Positions 63,517 through 64,000 of a DNA stretch of 64,000 nt are shown piece after piece (within the stretch, counting starts at the first letter, position 1; each line of letters starts with the position of its first letter). The stretch comes from Blepharisma stoltei ATCC 30299 (Eukaryota > Protista > Ciliophora): positions 248,001 through 312,000 of the forward strand of contig CBFDEM010000013.1 in assembly GCA_965603825.1 (NCBI GenBank), in the 5' to 3' direction. The notes beneath the pieces are model-generated. The model did no database searches. It saw only the letters and a list, made by a program, of their open reading frames with translations, and was not told the DNA's origin. The translations under genes were made by a program, and so were the position numbers.

Positions 63517-64000
63517 TTATTGAGAGGTCAAGCTTTTAACTAAGGAGATGGACTCAGAAGATAAAATTTCTAAAAAATTCAAAAATCTTTGTCTTAGAAA
63601 AGCGTCCTTTAGAATTTTGCTGAATTCTTCTTGCTTTAGTCCTTTTAGGGATTCTAAATTATGTGTGAATGCTTTTAAATCTCCTTTTTCAAGGGCAGAC
63701 TCAGCTTCTTGTAGAAGAAGCAAATTACCTTTACGATCAGTTTCTTCTTTATTTGAACGGGTAAAGAGATAAGTAAAGCTTGTCGACAGATAACTTCATC
63801 AATTATCAGACTTTAAAGGGGTATTTTTTTTATTGTTATTAGCAAACTCCTTGAATACTTTAAGCAATTGGCTCATAGTTGGGATGCCATGCTCAATTAT
63901 TTCTTTATAGTCATCCTCAATAGATGCTAATACTGAGTTAATTTTTTCATCTTCTTTTGCAAGATCTTTAAGAGCAGCAAGATCATAATTCAAAGTCTCT
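63517..64000 (-). CDS. Mic60/mitofilin-like C-terminal part (5' end outside the window)
   Basis: GIPTMSQLLKVF, N-W-W(TGA TGA)-SYLSTSFTYLF, LLQEAESALEKGDL....NLESLKG resemble the mitofilin domain (G..T..QL..RF; L..AE..L..GDL.....L.G). Confidence 0.6.

Overview
Gene-dense, AT-rich eukaryotic nuclear DNA containing about 46 protein-coding genes and no recognisable rRNA, tRNA, CRISPR array or transposase. Two genome-wide properties are read directly from the sequence. First, TGA is translated as Trp: I count about 65 in-frame TGAs, many at family-conserved Trp positions, and every gene end I could trace is TAA or TAG. Second, introns are only 15-16 nt (GTA...AG, with an A at position 10 or 11). 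This combination matches heterotrich ciliates, specifically Blepharisma. The intact ORFs suggest somatic macronuclear sequence. The supplied standard-code ORF track therefore fragments many genes, and I rebuilt them by hand. Recognisable genes are ERD2, a MYCBP-like protein, mitochondrial Hsp70, a Trf4/PAPD5-like nucleotidyltransferase, NDUFA9-like, a TBC Rab-GAP, two head-to-head Aurora-like kinases, a TTLL glutamylase, importin-7/8-like, a Canopy-like protein, a PDI-like protein, RAD51, an MFS transporter, two MORN proteins, VAMP7, ERV1, a THH1/TOM1-like protein, a STIL/SAS-5-like protein and a partial Mic60. The best candidate for an undescribed system is a tandem array of three paralogues at 44278-49208. 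They share a ~170-aa domain I cannot assign (basic PKKEY helix, KTExGPxTDG loop, terminal C..CC..H..C cluster) and have unusually long flanks, of which two are conserved between copies. Family calls come from motif recognition only; no searches were run.
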